DNA of 64,000 nt from Utricularia gibba (Eukaryota; Plantae; Magnoliophyta), in contig CM007991.1 in the NCBI GenBank assembly GCA_002189035.1, forward strand, positions 5,208,001-5,272,000, in the 5' to 3' direction. A program made the translations under genes and the position numbers. Of the stretch, positions 1 to 15,900 are shown one piece after another; the stretch's first letter is position 1; every line of letters begins with the position of its first letter. The notes beneath the pieces were generated by a model. It did not search any database and was not told the origin of the DNA. It saw nothing but the letters and a program-made list of their open reading frames with translations.

Positions 1-3000
1 TTTATACTTACAATCACATTATGCTAGTCTATCCTTATCCTAACTGTAAAAATTGTCAATATCCTACTTTTTTGCTATAGCATATCTTCTTTTTTGACAC
101 AGGAAATATCTTTTCTTATTAATTACAATTTTTGGCTGCATCATATCTTTTCTAACACAAGAAATATCCTTTCTTCTTAATTCATCATTTCGGCTACAGC
201 AAACTTGTAATTCCACTTCTGGGCAATAGCATACATGCAATTCCACTGTTGCTTATGTTCTAAAAATATCTTGCAGACTATTAGTTCACCCAACCCAACT
301 CAAATGGACTAGATCCATATAGACTCAATGGAATAGTAGACCCACATTAGCATCAAATTTAAAGGGAAATTGGGTCGATTTAAGTTTAATTTATGCAAAA
401 TTGGAATCCATATGCTTTGGGCTATTTCTACCCTTAATTTAAGTATTTATAGACTATTTTTACTCAAACCTAAGTATAAAAATATCAAAATAAAACAGAG
501 CATCAATGCTTATGCACATTTGCTCAACTTTAACATACAAAATTGATGAAAAACAAAAGAAAACAAAAATAAAAGATGTTGGACTCGAATCTAAAACTCC
601 TAAACTTACTAGAAGACTTTGGAAGTCCTCAAAAGCTTGATAATATGGTTTTTATATAGATGGGAAGACCTACTTGGATCCGATTCGACAACAGATTGAC
701 TCATACTCGATCAGATCCAGTTGTCCCATGAGTTGTTAGGGTAACTCTATTTAGTTGTGTATTTTGACACTTCCATGTTATTGGTTGAATACTCAAGTTC
801 CACAATAAAAAAAAAAAATCTTATCCCATGCAATTAATTCAAACTAATAAATTAATTCATACCCAATGATTGTCCCAAAAACCAACATCGATCCTTTAGA
901 TGTCTACTGATTATATTTGGTTTATCATAGCCCCTCTAAACACTCACTCTCCTACCTTGAAACACAAAAAACAAGTGATCATGTTATTGGATTTTTAAAA
1001 CAAGGAGAAATAAACACACATAAAAGTGAAATAATAATAAAAAAAAACATTCACTTCGGAGGAAAAAGAAAATAAAAAACTTTGCATAACATAAGTTCTC
1101 ATATATATATTCTCATTGCTTTACGTATCAAGCTTACGCATCACTCTCAAATGCAAACCAATGTTCTCTTGTTTAATGACCTCTCTCTCAAAGCCTCAAG
1201 TAAAATGTTACCCAACCAAAATCCAACACGATCAAGTATAAGGCATGCTTACATGACATAAGTAGCTCTCTCTTTTTCGTCTCGCACATGTTACTAGCAA
1301 CATGCATCCACACCTCCACATGTTTTCTAACTTTTATGCGCGTGGAACACATCAATTGCACAATCTAGATTAAACTTACATAATCTCCTCTTTGTTTCAA
1401 AAAACTTGTAAAAATTGTTGAGGGGTGGAAAATAAATCTCTTTCTACTATTCCAAAGGAGCACGAGCCAATAAAACCATCCTGCCCGAAAAACTCTAGAA
1501 AAAGAAAGGAAAATCATATTTAATTCCTTTCTCGTATTTCTTCAATTGAGCTAGATTCCACCCGACAAGCCTTGAAGAAGATACAATAAGCTCCACAAGG
1601 TAGATCTTGTCGAGGATGCGGTCGATAGGGTACTCCGTCGTCGAACGACCACTCAATGAGCATAGCACATGTAAGTTGACATAACCTTTTCCCAAGATTA
1701 ACCAACGGGTATTTAACGTCATCCCAACACCTGGTAAGTCATGTGGATGCCAAGTTATCATGTGTCTGAAGCATATCCTTGAAATGAGGAAGTATGTTGA
1801 TACTGGTAGAAAACAATGTAAAAGGATAGAAGATGAAAGTAAGAAAACTGTTTTTTTAATAATCTTTTTTATAGGTATATAAAAAAGAAAGATTAAGAAA
1901 CAAGGGACTTTTGGTCCTTTGACTTTTGATTATTGGGCAAACCTATTATGATATATATTGCTAGTATATATGGTGGATAGAGTATATGGTTGGTAATATA
2001 TTTAGATTCTTTTCATAATTATTGTTAGTAAGATCATATATATAAACATACATTATGATTTATGAGAAACTATCATATACTACTTGTGTTGAATTATTCA
2101 CAACCTATCTTGAAGAGTAGGAGGAGGAGAGGAAGATTTCATCTTTGGTATTCTTTGAGTTGAGTTGAGTCTTTGTTTTTTTTGTTTTTTTCTCAAACAT
2201 CTTCTTGGTGAACTTTTTCGTGTGTATTGAGCAATCGAGAGTAATCTATCTCATTACACATTAAGTGCTCCGAAAAGCTTGAAATACTAAGCAACTGACG
2301 AGAAAGGGTTGCTATGCCGATACTTCTCTACTTTTGATATCTCTGCTTCCTTATGGATCTCTGTTGCATTTCTTGCACTCCACTATACATGAAATCACCT
2401 TAGAAGCTCGAGAAATGTCTTGGATCATGCTCCCCCTCTTGAGTCTAACAAGGCTTTTCCTTTGAAGGCCACTTTGAGTCCCCATAATTTGTTGTTAGTA
2501 GAAATCTGTTCTCTAAAGTAAACACCATCCATTTTCTAATTTTTTAAGATATTGCTCTGGTGTCCTTTTATTTTTAAAAAGCACAAACTATCCAAAAATT
2601 GACTTAAAAGTGACTTTTGTAGAAAGAAGTCCAATGCGATATACTTCATTCTCAAATTCTATTAAGATCGTGTTTTGTATAATTTATGTTTCTTATTTTT
2701 CATTCTCTTAAGTAAGAATTAATGGTTTTGTTGAATACAGTATATTTTTATTTCTGAATAAATAGAAATCAGAAATTGTATTAGAAATCTGAAGTTGATG
2801 ATACTTGTTAAAAATATTTTTTACTTCTTAAATAATATATAATACCATTATTATCTTATAAATTACTCTTTTATGCTATTAATGAGATAAGTGTGTTCAA
2901 TTTTGTATATATTTTTTAACATCTTTTAGGCACGGCTAATACATGGATTTTTCTATATTTTAATAATACAGGGATTTTTCTATATTATACTCCCTCCCCT

Positions 3001-3489
3001 GGTCCAAGTTTGATTTTGTGTATTATGATACTATCTGTTTTAGGCACTTAAAATATCATGTAATTTTTTTCACATATTTGGTCCAATAAGTTGGTTACTA
3101 GGGCTCAGTTATCCTGAAACTATTACACTCTAAGTGCGTTTAAATTGTGAATTTCTAGAACCATTACTTTTTCTTGATAAGTGCATGCAAAAATAAGATT
3201 TTTGTTGGTTGACTGAGTGAAACTGTGCAAAAATAAACTTTGAAAGAAAAAAGGAGTTGGTTGACTGAGTGAACCTGGACACATGGGGAGAATCTGACAC
3301 AATCAATTCCATCCTGCCGCGTGCCTGATTCGTTGCCCAAACTTCTTGGCATGCCCTAACATCTAATATATTAGGCAAGGGAAGGGAAAATTGAATTATT
3401 CCAACTCTGAGTAATAATGCGATGCAACGCTCAAAGAGGTTTTTAAGGGAAGGAACGCCTCAATCCCGGGATTCATGCACCCACGCACC

Positions 3490-3510
3490 CACGTGTATGT
3501 ATATATATAC
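3490..3510 (+). promoter_or_regulatory. G-box (CACGTG) abutting a TATA-like (TA)n tract upstream of SCPL
   Basis: CACGTG at 3490-3495 followed by TATGTATATATATAC, about 25-35 nt before the ATG at 3532. Function is inferred. Confidence 0.4.
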
Positions 3511-3531
3511 ACATTATCTATCAATACACAC

Positions 3532-5633
<2,102 letters not shown>

Positions 5634-5770
5634 TGATGACTTCAGGCCGCTGCTTCTGCTTCTTTCGTTCTTTCTTTCTTTTCTCGTGGTTGTGATTATT
5701 CTTTATGATGTGGGGTTTCTAGTCTAGTCTAGTCTAGTCTATTCTATTCTTGTGGTGTGGCTGTTTGGCG

Positions 5771-5785
5771 TGGGCCTAATGGGCT
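5771..5785 (+). promoter_or_regulatory. Paired site II (TGGGCY) motifs, possibly part of the myosin promoter
   Basis: TGGGCC 5771-5776 and TGGGCT 5780-5785 between the SCPL stop and the myosin leader. TCP-type binding is inferred. Confidence 0.3.
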
Positions 5786-6833
5786 TCAGACCTGGCTTTC
5801 GTCAAATGCCATTCATTAAGCACGAGGAATCCTTAAAGAAGCTGATAAATGAGGCAGGCGAGGCAACTCACGCGCATCCCTCCAAATAATAACAAATTTT
5901 AGATTAATGATCTCCACAATAAAATCCTAGAAACTGCCCAAATCAACCCCCCTGCCGATTCCAATTGTACCCTGCCCTGCCCTGCCCAGCGCTGTGTGTA
6001 TTAATTAATTAAGATGCTGCTGCTAATTACTCGGATCGTATCGGATCGGATCAAAGATTCAAATCCCCCTCTCGCACACTCCGCCTGCCTGCTGAGTGCT
6101 AGTAGTGCTAGTGGTGCTAGTGCTGATGATTAAATTAATGGAATCCCCATTTCAAACTCCTCTTCTTTTTGAATTTGCGTGCACCCCTTCAAAATTTAAC
6201 AATTAGTCCCAGCCATTCCAGGGCCCCCCTCCATCCATCCCATAAAAAGGGAGAAGACGCCTACCCGCAAAGCTGCTGTGTCTTCTTCTCTTCTTGGAAG
6301 GTTTCGGTTTTCGCTCCCCTTCTTGATTTTGGGGTTTTGTTGTTCCTCTGCCTTTCATCTCCGATTTCGGACTCTTTCCAAAATTGTCTCGGATCGGAGA
6401 CCGGATTGCTGATTCTGTATGGAAAATCGAGTTTTCGGACGCCTCCACCCCAAAAAGTCATTCGTGATTCAGTTTTAATTATTTTTTACATTCTCCGTAT
6501 ATTCCTAGTTTTCGGGCATCTCTTCAGGCTTGGCTCTTCCTGGATTTGTATTTTGTGGTAGCGTCTGTTTCAAGAGCTGGTGTGCTGGATGGAACAGCTC
6601 TGTCAAGTGGGGTTTGAGATTTGCCGATGTTCAATAAGGGATGCTATCACTTGTTTTTGTAACGGCATCTCTTGTGTTTTCCACTGATTTTTCTCTGGTC
6701 CCCTCCGCCACATTCCGCAGCTCCGTCTGTGGGGTTTTTGGCCTAAACCTCGATAACCTTTAAGATTTCTTTTTGTGATTCAGTTAGAGGGTTTTCATTG
6801 TTCCAAGGAAGGGAAAAACCCTTGAATTAGAAT

Positions 6834-9800
6834 ATGTCTAGGAGCAAGGTTATGCCTTCGCCTTCTCTTCACTCAATCAAATCGTTAACTGTGGATTTTA
6901 GGCCCGGTGGTGATAGGATGATGCTTTCTGATGAGGTATCTGAAAATGTTGATGCTTTAGCGGATGAGGCTAACAGAAGAGTGGATGGTTCAGATAATGA
7001 TGAATCCCCCTATTCTAGCGTAGATGCATCAGTTAAAGATGATTCTTCTGTCGGTGATGATGCTACCACACCAGTGCAGCCTGTTAAACGGCAACATGCC
7101 GATTTGAAATGGAGTGACACAGCAACTCCTTACTCATCAAAAAAGGTATGGTGTGGGATATATAGTTTGTATGTGCCGTGTAATCTAAACTTTTGAAACA
7201 CATTTCACACAAAGAAACTCAAGTTATTACGTCTCTACTCTCGTTTTTCCTGTTATATTCAGAATTTGTTCTTTTTCGTTTGATTACTTGAAAACTGTGT
7301 TTGTCAGAAGTCCCAGTCATGGTTTCTACTTCCGGATGGCAATTGGCAGCTGGCAACTATTCTAAACACTTCAGCCAATGAATCACTTATATCACTGGCC
7401 GAGGGAAAGGTAAGCATGACTAGATTAATAATTCCCAGTCTCTAATTGCAGTTGTCTCTCATCATTTTGGTTATCTAGGTTTTGAAAGTGACTGCAGAGA
7501 TGCTGGTGCCAGCAAATCCCGACATACTTGATGGTGTAGATGACCTAATGCAATTAAGTTATTTGAATGAACCTTCAGTATTGTATAATCTCCAGTACAG
7601 ATACGACCACGACATAATTTATGTAAGAGATAATCTTCATATTTTTCGTCTCTTCCTGCTCCCCTTATTTTTTTTTCATTTCTAATGCTCTCTGTTCTTG
7701 TCCCAGACCAAAGCAGGACCAGTTTTGGTGGCTATTAATCCCTTTAAAAAAGTTCCTTTGTATGGAGATGATTACATCAAAGCTTACAAAAGTAAATCAA
7801 GAGAAGGTCCACATGTATATGCCATTACTGATACAGCTTTGCGTGAAATGATCCGAGGTTATTTTAACATATTTACACTAATAAACTTTAGTATCAGCGA
7901 CTTCTTAATTGAGGGGAAGTTATATAATTTAATCATGATTACTTTTTTTTGCAGATGAGGTGAACCAATCTATAATTATAAGGTGGGACATACGCTTCTT
8001 GAAATTTAGTTGTACAGTTGCCATTATTTTCTTTGACATGCTATCTTTTATCAGTTTTTTTCTGTTGTAATGATTTTGCATGAGTTATTTTTATTTTTGG
8101 TGCTAAGCATTCATTATCCTTGTACCAGTGGAGAAAGTGGAGCTGGAAAAACTGAGACTGCTAAGATAGCGATGCAGTATCTGGCTGCTTTAGGAGGTGG
8201 TAGTGGGATAGAGTATGAGATATTGAAGACAAATCCTATTCTGGAAGCCTTTGGAAATGCCAAGACCCTGAGAAATAAGAACTCAAGTCGATTTGTGAGT
8301 ATCTTTGTTCCTTGATTAAGAAGCACCTGAGGTCAGGCTACTTTTCATGCAACTAATAGAAGGTAATTGCAGGGAAAACTGATTGAAATTCATTTCAGTG
8401 AGACAGGAAAGATATCAGGAGCCAAAATCCAAACATGTAAGTCTTCACTGTGAACTTGTTTCTATCATAAAAAGATTATAATCTGTTAAAAGACTTTTTC
8501 CCAATATTATCTGATCTTTTTTTTTTTCCTGTCCGTTTTATCATTGATGCGACTTTTCTCTCCATGCAGTTTTACTAGAGAAGGTACTATCGGCTTTAGT
8601 TGTTTTTTCTTTTCTTGCTTTCAATACAAGCAGCAATAAAAAGCTCAGACAAGCCTTTTTTTTTCTTTTCTCCACAGTCCAGGGTTGTACAATGTTCTGC
8701 AAGGGAAAGATCGTATCATATATTTTATCAACTTTGTGCTGGTGCACCACGTAATCTCAGAGGTTCCATTCCATGCTTATCTTCCTCCATCTCCTTCTCT
8801 CAAAATATGTTCTTTTGCTTTATTACATTTTGGTTTTGGCAGAAAAGCTGAATTTGAAGAATGTGGATGAGTACAATTATTTGAGACACAGTGGTTGTTA
8901 TAAAATCTCTGGAGTTGATGATGCTGATCAGTTTTATATTGTAATGGTATTCTTCACTCTTATCTGAAACCGTCAATGGCTTCTTCATCTTGCCTTCTGA
9001 ACTCTCATTGATTTAGAAAATCTATTTTCCAGGATGCTCTCGATATTGTTCATATCGAGAAGCAAGATCAAGATAGTGTATTTGCAATGTTAGCTGCAGT
9101 TCTATGGTTGGGAAATGTCTCATTTGCTGAGATTGATTCTGAAAATCACGTTGAGCCTGTGGTAGATGAAGGTAAGGATGTCTTGGATGCACTTGGATGT
9201 TGCTGCCTTTATTTATTTATTTGTTGGGTGATAGCAGAGTAGGAAATTACATGTAATGCTTTCTCGCATATCAGCCAACTCCAGCTCAATTCATGGCATT
9301 CCATGACCCTAGAAGATCTCTTGTCCTATAATTATCCTTAGAGTATAATTTCAGATTTGTTCGTTTTGAATGTAAATCTTGGTGGATACATATTATATGA
9401 AGGTATTATCATAAAGTTCGGAATGATGTTTCACTTTATGCTGTGCCACCATTTTCAGCTCTTACTAGTGTTGCTGCCTTGATTGGTTGCAATCTTGAGG
9501 CGCTGAAGCTGACACTGTCCACTCGAAAAATGAGAGTTGGAAAAAGGAAGGATACAATTGTCCAGAAGCTTACCTTAGCCCAGGTTAGAGATTTACATAT
9601 TGAGCTCTCATTTTATATTATGCTGCTGATGATGGAATGCCATCTGTTGCATCTCAGGCCATCGATTCAAGAGATGCATTGGCAAAATCAATATATTCTT
9701 CCTTGTTTGACTGGCTTGTGGAACAAATTAATAAGTCATTAGGTGTTGGGAAAAGGCGCACCGGGAGATCCATCAGTATTCTTGATATTTATGGCTTTGA

Positions 9801-12645
9801 GTCATTTGAGGTGGCCTATTTCTATGCGTTATTGACTGTTTCTTGATTTGATCATTGTTATTCATATGCATTTCTTATTTTTCTCTAGAGTAACAGTTTT
9901 GAGCAGTTTTGTATCAACTATGCCAATGAAAGACTACAGCAACATTTCAACCGTCATTTGTTCAAATTGGAGCAAGAGGTGAATTGATCTTCTATAATGG
10001 TCTGAAAATCTTGAAACTTTCGTGTTATACTACATTACATGTATGCATATGCAATCTTGTTGATGCATGTAGGTGTTCGCAGAAATGAAAGCTTTGTATA
10101 TGGTTCAGTAGCTATGGGTTTAATTGAATATATTTTTTTCAGGAATACTTGCAAGATGGCATTGACTGGGCAAGAGTTGATTTTGAGGACAATCAAAACT
10201 GTCTCAGTCTCTTTGAAAAGGTATGAGATGGTAGGTGTTAACTTATTGAACAACTTAAATATTATTTAATTTTTCTCATTGTCTTTTTTTCTCTTTGTAG
10301 AAACCGTTGGGTTTGCTATCCTTGTTAGATGAGGAGTCAACCTTTCCAAATGGTACAGATATGAGCTTTGCCAATAAGCTCCGGCAGCATCTAAGTTCTA
10401 ATTCTTGTTTTCGAGGAGAGAGAGAAAAAGCTTTCACTGTTTCTCATTATGCTGGAGAGGTGTGGATTTCCTATTTAGTGTTCTTCTCTTCCAATATTAT
10501 GCTTGCCCTTATACTTTGTGCTATAGCATCAATGTGGTTCATTTTTTATTTTCTATTTATAATATCAGGTTACCTATGACACATCAAGTTTTCTAGAAAA
10601 AAATCGGGACTTGCTCCATTTGGACTCCATCGAACTCCTTTCTTCCTGCACGTGCCCCCTCCCACAGGCTTTTGCATCTGCTATGCGTACACAGTCGGAG
10701 AAGCCTGTGGTAGGTCCATTGCATAAGTCTGGTGGAGCAGACTCACAAAAGTTAAGTGTGGCAACTAAATTCAAGGTAAAATATTTCACTTTGACAGAGC
10801 AAATTTGTACGTTTCAAATGCTGCATTTCTCATTCGCTAATTTTTTTTTTTTTTGCTATGATTTTTTTGTCTAAGGGCCAACTGTTTCAACTAATGAAGC
10901 GTCTCGAGAATACCACACCGCACTTCATTCGCTGCATTAAGCCCAATAACTTCCAGTCCCCAGGTAGTTACGATCAAGGACTTGTTCTGCAACAGCTCCG
11001 TTGTTGTGGAGTTTTGGAAGTTGTTCGGATATCAAGATCTGGATTTCCGACCAGAATGTCTCACCAAAAGTTTGCCCGAAGGTAAACTATTAGAAATACA
11101 AATTAGGAAGTTGCATGTGTATATCTAGATTTGGCCAACGGTAATTTGAGTGATTTCATCAGGTATGGTTTTCTTCTGGAGCATGCTGCATCTCAGGATC
11201 CCTCAGTGTCTCAGTGGCAATTCTGCATCAGTTCCATATTCTACCAGAGATGTATCAAGTTGGATACACGAAGCTCTTTTTTCGTACTGGACAAGTATTT
11301 CCTACTCTTTTATCTTCATGTGATCGTGTCTCATCTCATTATATCACTGAGATTTGTTAATCGGGTTATGAGTTGTTGTAGATTGGTGTGCTTGAAGACA
11401 CAAGAAATCGCACTCTACATGGCATTTTGCGTGTTCAAAGCTGCTTTAGAGGGCATCAGGCCAGATGTAAGCTAAGGAAATTGAAGGAGGATGTGGCTAA
11501 TCTCCAGTCTTGTATGTTTCCATTTATTGTCACGTGCTATTTTGCCTTGTCTTTATCGGCATTTTCATTCCATAACTTCTGAACCTCCTGATGCAGTCAT
11601 TCGTGCTGAAAAAACTAGGAAAGAGTTCTGCATCTTGTTGCAAAGGCATAGAGCAGCTATATCTATTCAGAAACGAGCCAAAGCCAGGGTTGCTCGAAAC
11701 AAGCTCAAAAGATTAAGTCGTGCATCAACAATAATACAGTCAGGTAGATGTTCCAGAGTAAATATTGTGCAAAAAAAGGAAGCGTTTCATGTTTATGTTT
11801 TTCAGACGTGGTTTAATAGTGCCTTTTCGTTTTATTCTGTAGTTATTCGTGGCTGGTTGGTAAGACGATGTTCTGGAGACATTGGTTTGCTGCAATTTGC
11901 GGGAGGAAAGGTAATGCGGACGTTTATTTGCGACATTTCATCAAGACTCTTGCAGAGACATTAGGGCTGTCTCTTGTGGAATCAGGTGAAGGATCATGAA
12001 GAAGTGCTGGTGAAGTCATCTTTTCTTGCTGAACTTCAGCGCCGTGTTCTCAGAGCGGAAGCTTCCACGAGAGAGAAGGAAGAGGAGAATGACATCCTAC
12101 ACCAGCGTCTACAGCAGTACGAGAACCGGTGGTCAGAGTACGAGCTGAAGATGAGGTCTATGGAAGAGGTGTGGCAAAAGCAAATGAGATCACTTCAATC
12201 CAGCCTCTCCATTGCAAAAAGGAGCCTCGCCTTTGACGATTCACGAAGGAACTCGGATGCATCAGTCAACGGAAACGAAGAAAGCTGGGAAACGGGCAGC
12301 AACCACAGAACTCAAGACAGCAATGGAGGAAGGTCAACCAGTGCGGGCCTTAGTGTGATCAGTCGGTTGGCGCAAGAGTTCGAGCAAAGGAGCCAGGTAT
12401 TTGGAGATGATGCCAAGTTCTTGGTGGAAGTGAAGTCGGGTCAGGTGGAGGGAAGTTTGGATCCAGACATGGAGCTCCGGAGGTTGAAACAGATGTTCGA
12501 GGCGTGGAAGAGAGATTACGGCACTAGATTAAGGGAGACAAAATCGATCCTCAACAAGATTGGGAGCGACACGAGCTCTGGCGAGAAGGCAAGGAAGAAA
12601 TGGTGGGGGAGGAGGAACAGCAACATTGGAAGCAACTTGTTCTGA
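6834..12645 (+). CDS. ATM1: Class VIII myosin (myosin-1/ATM1-like), 23 exons, about 1154 aa if the exon-19 frame break is corrected
   Basis: Exons 6834-7145, 7308-7409, 7479-7622, 7707-7857, 7955-7982, 8129-8294, 8373-8436, 8570-8583, 8678-8762, 8843-8946, 9033-9171, 9459-9583, 9658-9810, 9889-9978, 10143-10220, 10301-10459, 10569-10775, 10876-11081, 11163-11294, 11382-11511, 11597-11743, 11843-11910, 11986-12645. P-loop GESGAGKT, switch I NSSRFGK, switch [19 protein letters not shown] motifs, coiled coil, C-terminal WWGRRNS. The only phase inconsistency is in exon 19. Confidence 0.95.
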
Positions 12646-12914
12646 TTGCTGGGTTTCTGTTTCTGCTTGCCGCGTGTTTAGGTTTTTTTTTTCTTTTAAA
12701 CGAGCGTGTTGCGTTTTTTTCCAGCCCGGCCCCCTCTGGGCAGTTGTCTAAAGCGCTGGTCTGGTCTGGTCGACGTGCATGAAGACGGCTGGAGCCTTGC
12801 CTTGATTATTTGGGGGGACTCTCGTCGGTTTCTTAAAATGGTTTTCACGATTTACAATTTTTTCATGTCTATCAAGGGTGAAGTTTGATGATAACTTTCT
12901 AGTACACATAAAAT

Positions 12915-15900
12915 ATTGAAATTGTTATTGGAATTTTTTTTAGAATAATGATTCAAAAATATTGAAAATAAAACAAAAATTGGATTTTAAAATAATATAA
13001 AAAGTTCATTTGGATCTATGATTTACTTTACTCAAAACTCATTCATATTTGTATATGTAAATTTTGAGAAATAACCTACTTAAGCAAGTGTTACGGGTGT
13101 TATTCTAAAATAATGTTACTTGATAACTGTTATAGCACAGTGTAACTAGAGCTATTTAAACTTCTGTTAACCTATGTTCTCTTCACACTCCAGTATAATC
13201 CCTACAACTCTCATTTCGTAGACAAATTAAATAGAATATACTTTACCAATAATGTCTGATTGAGCCCCTTCTCCTTAAATGTTTGAGACTAGTATAAGAT
13301 TCTTCCACACTTACTTAAGGTTATGTACTACTAAAGAGTACATTGATAAAGAAAAGTTGTTAAAAGTAGAATTAAACTTCAAATTAAATATTGAAAAAGA
13401 AAGTAAAACAATTACACGTGCAAGATTTGCGCAAACAAAGATTCACCGCAAATTCTTAACCGCAAGCACCTACATGTGTATACTTGACTCTAACATGAAA
13501 ATAAACACAAAAATAGTGAAAAGTACCAAAGAAAAATAGTCCAAAGATGTACCTAATGATTGAAATAGTAGGATATTTATAGGAAATCAAATTCAAATTT
13601 TTGTATTGAGTTTATATGATGGGCTTGAATTTGCAAGTGTATAGAAACCGTCAAAGTAGTAAAATAAGATCGTATCCACAAGGAATTGTTATTAGAATTT
13701 TCTTTTCAAACAAAGACTTAAAAAGACTGGAAACAAAAGAAAGATTTGGTTTTAAAAACAATAAGAAAAGTGATCTTGGATCTAAGATCCACTTTGGTCA
13801 AAACTCATCCTTACGTGTGTGCAAACCTTGAAGATTGACCTCCCTGCGCAAGCTTTGGGGGTGTTATTCTAAAATAGTGATACTCAGTAACCGTTATAGC
13901 ACCGTCCCTTGCTTTGTGGGATTATGTAATCAACCATGCCACCAGAGTCATTTCACCTCTTGTGATAATTCATGTCTTCCCCATACCTAAATCTAACCCT
14001 TACACCTCACACCTCGCAGACAGATTAAATAGAATGTGTCTTACCAACGATGTCCGACTAAACCCTTCTCCTTAGGTGCTTGAGGCCAACCTTTGATTCT
14101 CCCATACTCCCTTAGGGTTATATGGTACTAAAGATCATGTTGGTAAAGAAAACGATGTGAAAAACAGAATCAAACCTCAAATTAAATGTTGAAAAACATA
14201 GTAAGACAGTCACACGCAAGACTTGTGCAAGCAAGGCTTCAACGCAGATCTTCAGCCACAACTACTCACACGTGCATGATCGACTCTAAACAACAAAAGT
14301 TGATGAAAAACGAAAGGAAAAACATTCAAAACATCCTAAACTTGACTCTAAACCCTAAATTGGCTCTCTGATCGTCCACTCTTCAATCTTCAGGTTTGGA
14401 TCTTTATATAATGGTGGGAATTTTTTGGCCTTTCTTGATGGGCTCATATCAAATCTCCCATACGGATCTTCCAACATTTGATACGGATTTTCTAGGATAA
14501 GACTAAATTTTCTAAGATAAGATGTGAATCTTATCTTATTCGAGAATCTTTGACCGGGTCTTCATCCGAATAGACCAAATCCTTGCCTCCATCAAAGTCA
14601 ACTCGAAAATCCTCCAAATTATGCCACAATTGTCCTGAAAATCACAAAACACATTTTTCCTCCAAAAAGATCACAATGAAAGATATAAAATTCTTCTAAA
14701 AACATAGGGAAAGTGAGACAAAAAAGATGCAAACCCCATCTAAGTGAGTTTCAAAAGGCATAAATATAAGTGACACAAAATCACTTATTAGTACACATAA
14801 ACCATTGAAGTAATAAAATAAGATCGTATCCAAAAGGAATTGTTATTGGAATTTTCTTGTCAAACAAAGACTTGAAAAGAATGAAAACACAAGAAAGATT
14901 TGGCTTTAAAAACAATAAGAAAAGTGGCCTTGGATCGAAGATCCACCTTGTTCAAAACTCGTCCCTTGCGTGTGTGCAAACCTTGAAGACTGACCTACTT
15001 GCGCAAGCTTTGGGGTGTTATTCTAAAATAGTACTACTCAGTGACCGTTATAGCACCATCCTTTGTTTTGTGGGATTATGGAATTAACCACGCCACTAGA
15101 GCCATTTCACCTCTTGTGATAACCCATGTTTTTTCCACACCCAAATCTAACCCCTACACCTCACATCTCGTAGACAGATTAGACATAATTTGTCTTACCA
15201 ACGATGTCTGATTAAGCCCTTTTACTTAGGTGCTTGAGGCCAACCTTTGATTCTCTCGCACTCTTTTTCGGGTTATGTGATACTAAAGAGCATGTTGGTA
15301 AAGAAAATGTTGTGAAAAACAGAATCAAACTTCAAATAAAATGTTGAAAAACATAATAAGACAATCACACACAGATCATTAGTCGCAGATCCTTAGGTGC
15401 AAGTGCTCACACGCACAAACTTGACTCTAACATGAAAATAGACATGAAAATAGGAAAAATATAAAGAAAAAGTGGTCAAAGACGTCTCTAATGGTTGAGA
15501 GAAGGAGGTATTTATAGAAGACTAGATCCAAGTCTTTGTATTGGACTTGTTTGATGGGCTTGGATAAGATCTTCTATCCAAATCTTTTATCCAAATCTTC
15601 CAAGATCATCTTCATATCTTTATCTTATTCGTGGCCTATCAAGTCCATAATTTCGTGAGTCTTGATTTATCCTCAAATTTATCCACAAATGCCCTAAAAA
15701 TCCATAAAATACACTTTCTTTCCAAAAAGATCAAAATAGTGTGAAAGATGCAAAATCAATTGAAAATAATGAGAAAGTGAAATCTAAGATAAATAAAAAT
15801 AAACTTAAGAGTAATGGAAAAACATGTTTCAGAACAACACAAAATCAATTATTAGAATCTATCTCCAAAAAGATTCAATTAATATAAAAGATGCAAAATC

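Noticed and set aside
1495-1761. 88-aa minus-strand ORF, faintly env-like
   Set aside because: No motif I can identify with confidence; needs a tBLASTn or HMMER search.
2988-3010. Stowaway-like terminus TACTCCCTCC (and a similar one at ~36717)
   Set aside because: No matching opposite TIR or TA TSD found.
3475-3531. Upstream in-frame ATG extending SCPL by 19 aa
   Set aside because: It lies upstream of the TATA-like tract and would precede the signal peptide with low-complexity residues; 3532 (or the next Met) is more plausible.
6169-6561. 130-aa ORF upstream of the myosin, plus antisense ORFs over SCPL (3396-3686, 5217-5594) and ORFs at 34242-35124
   Set aside because: No recognisable domains; the composition fits UTR or promoter DNA or shadow frames of real genes.
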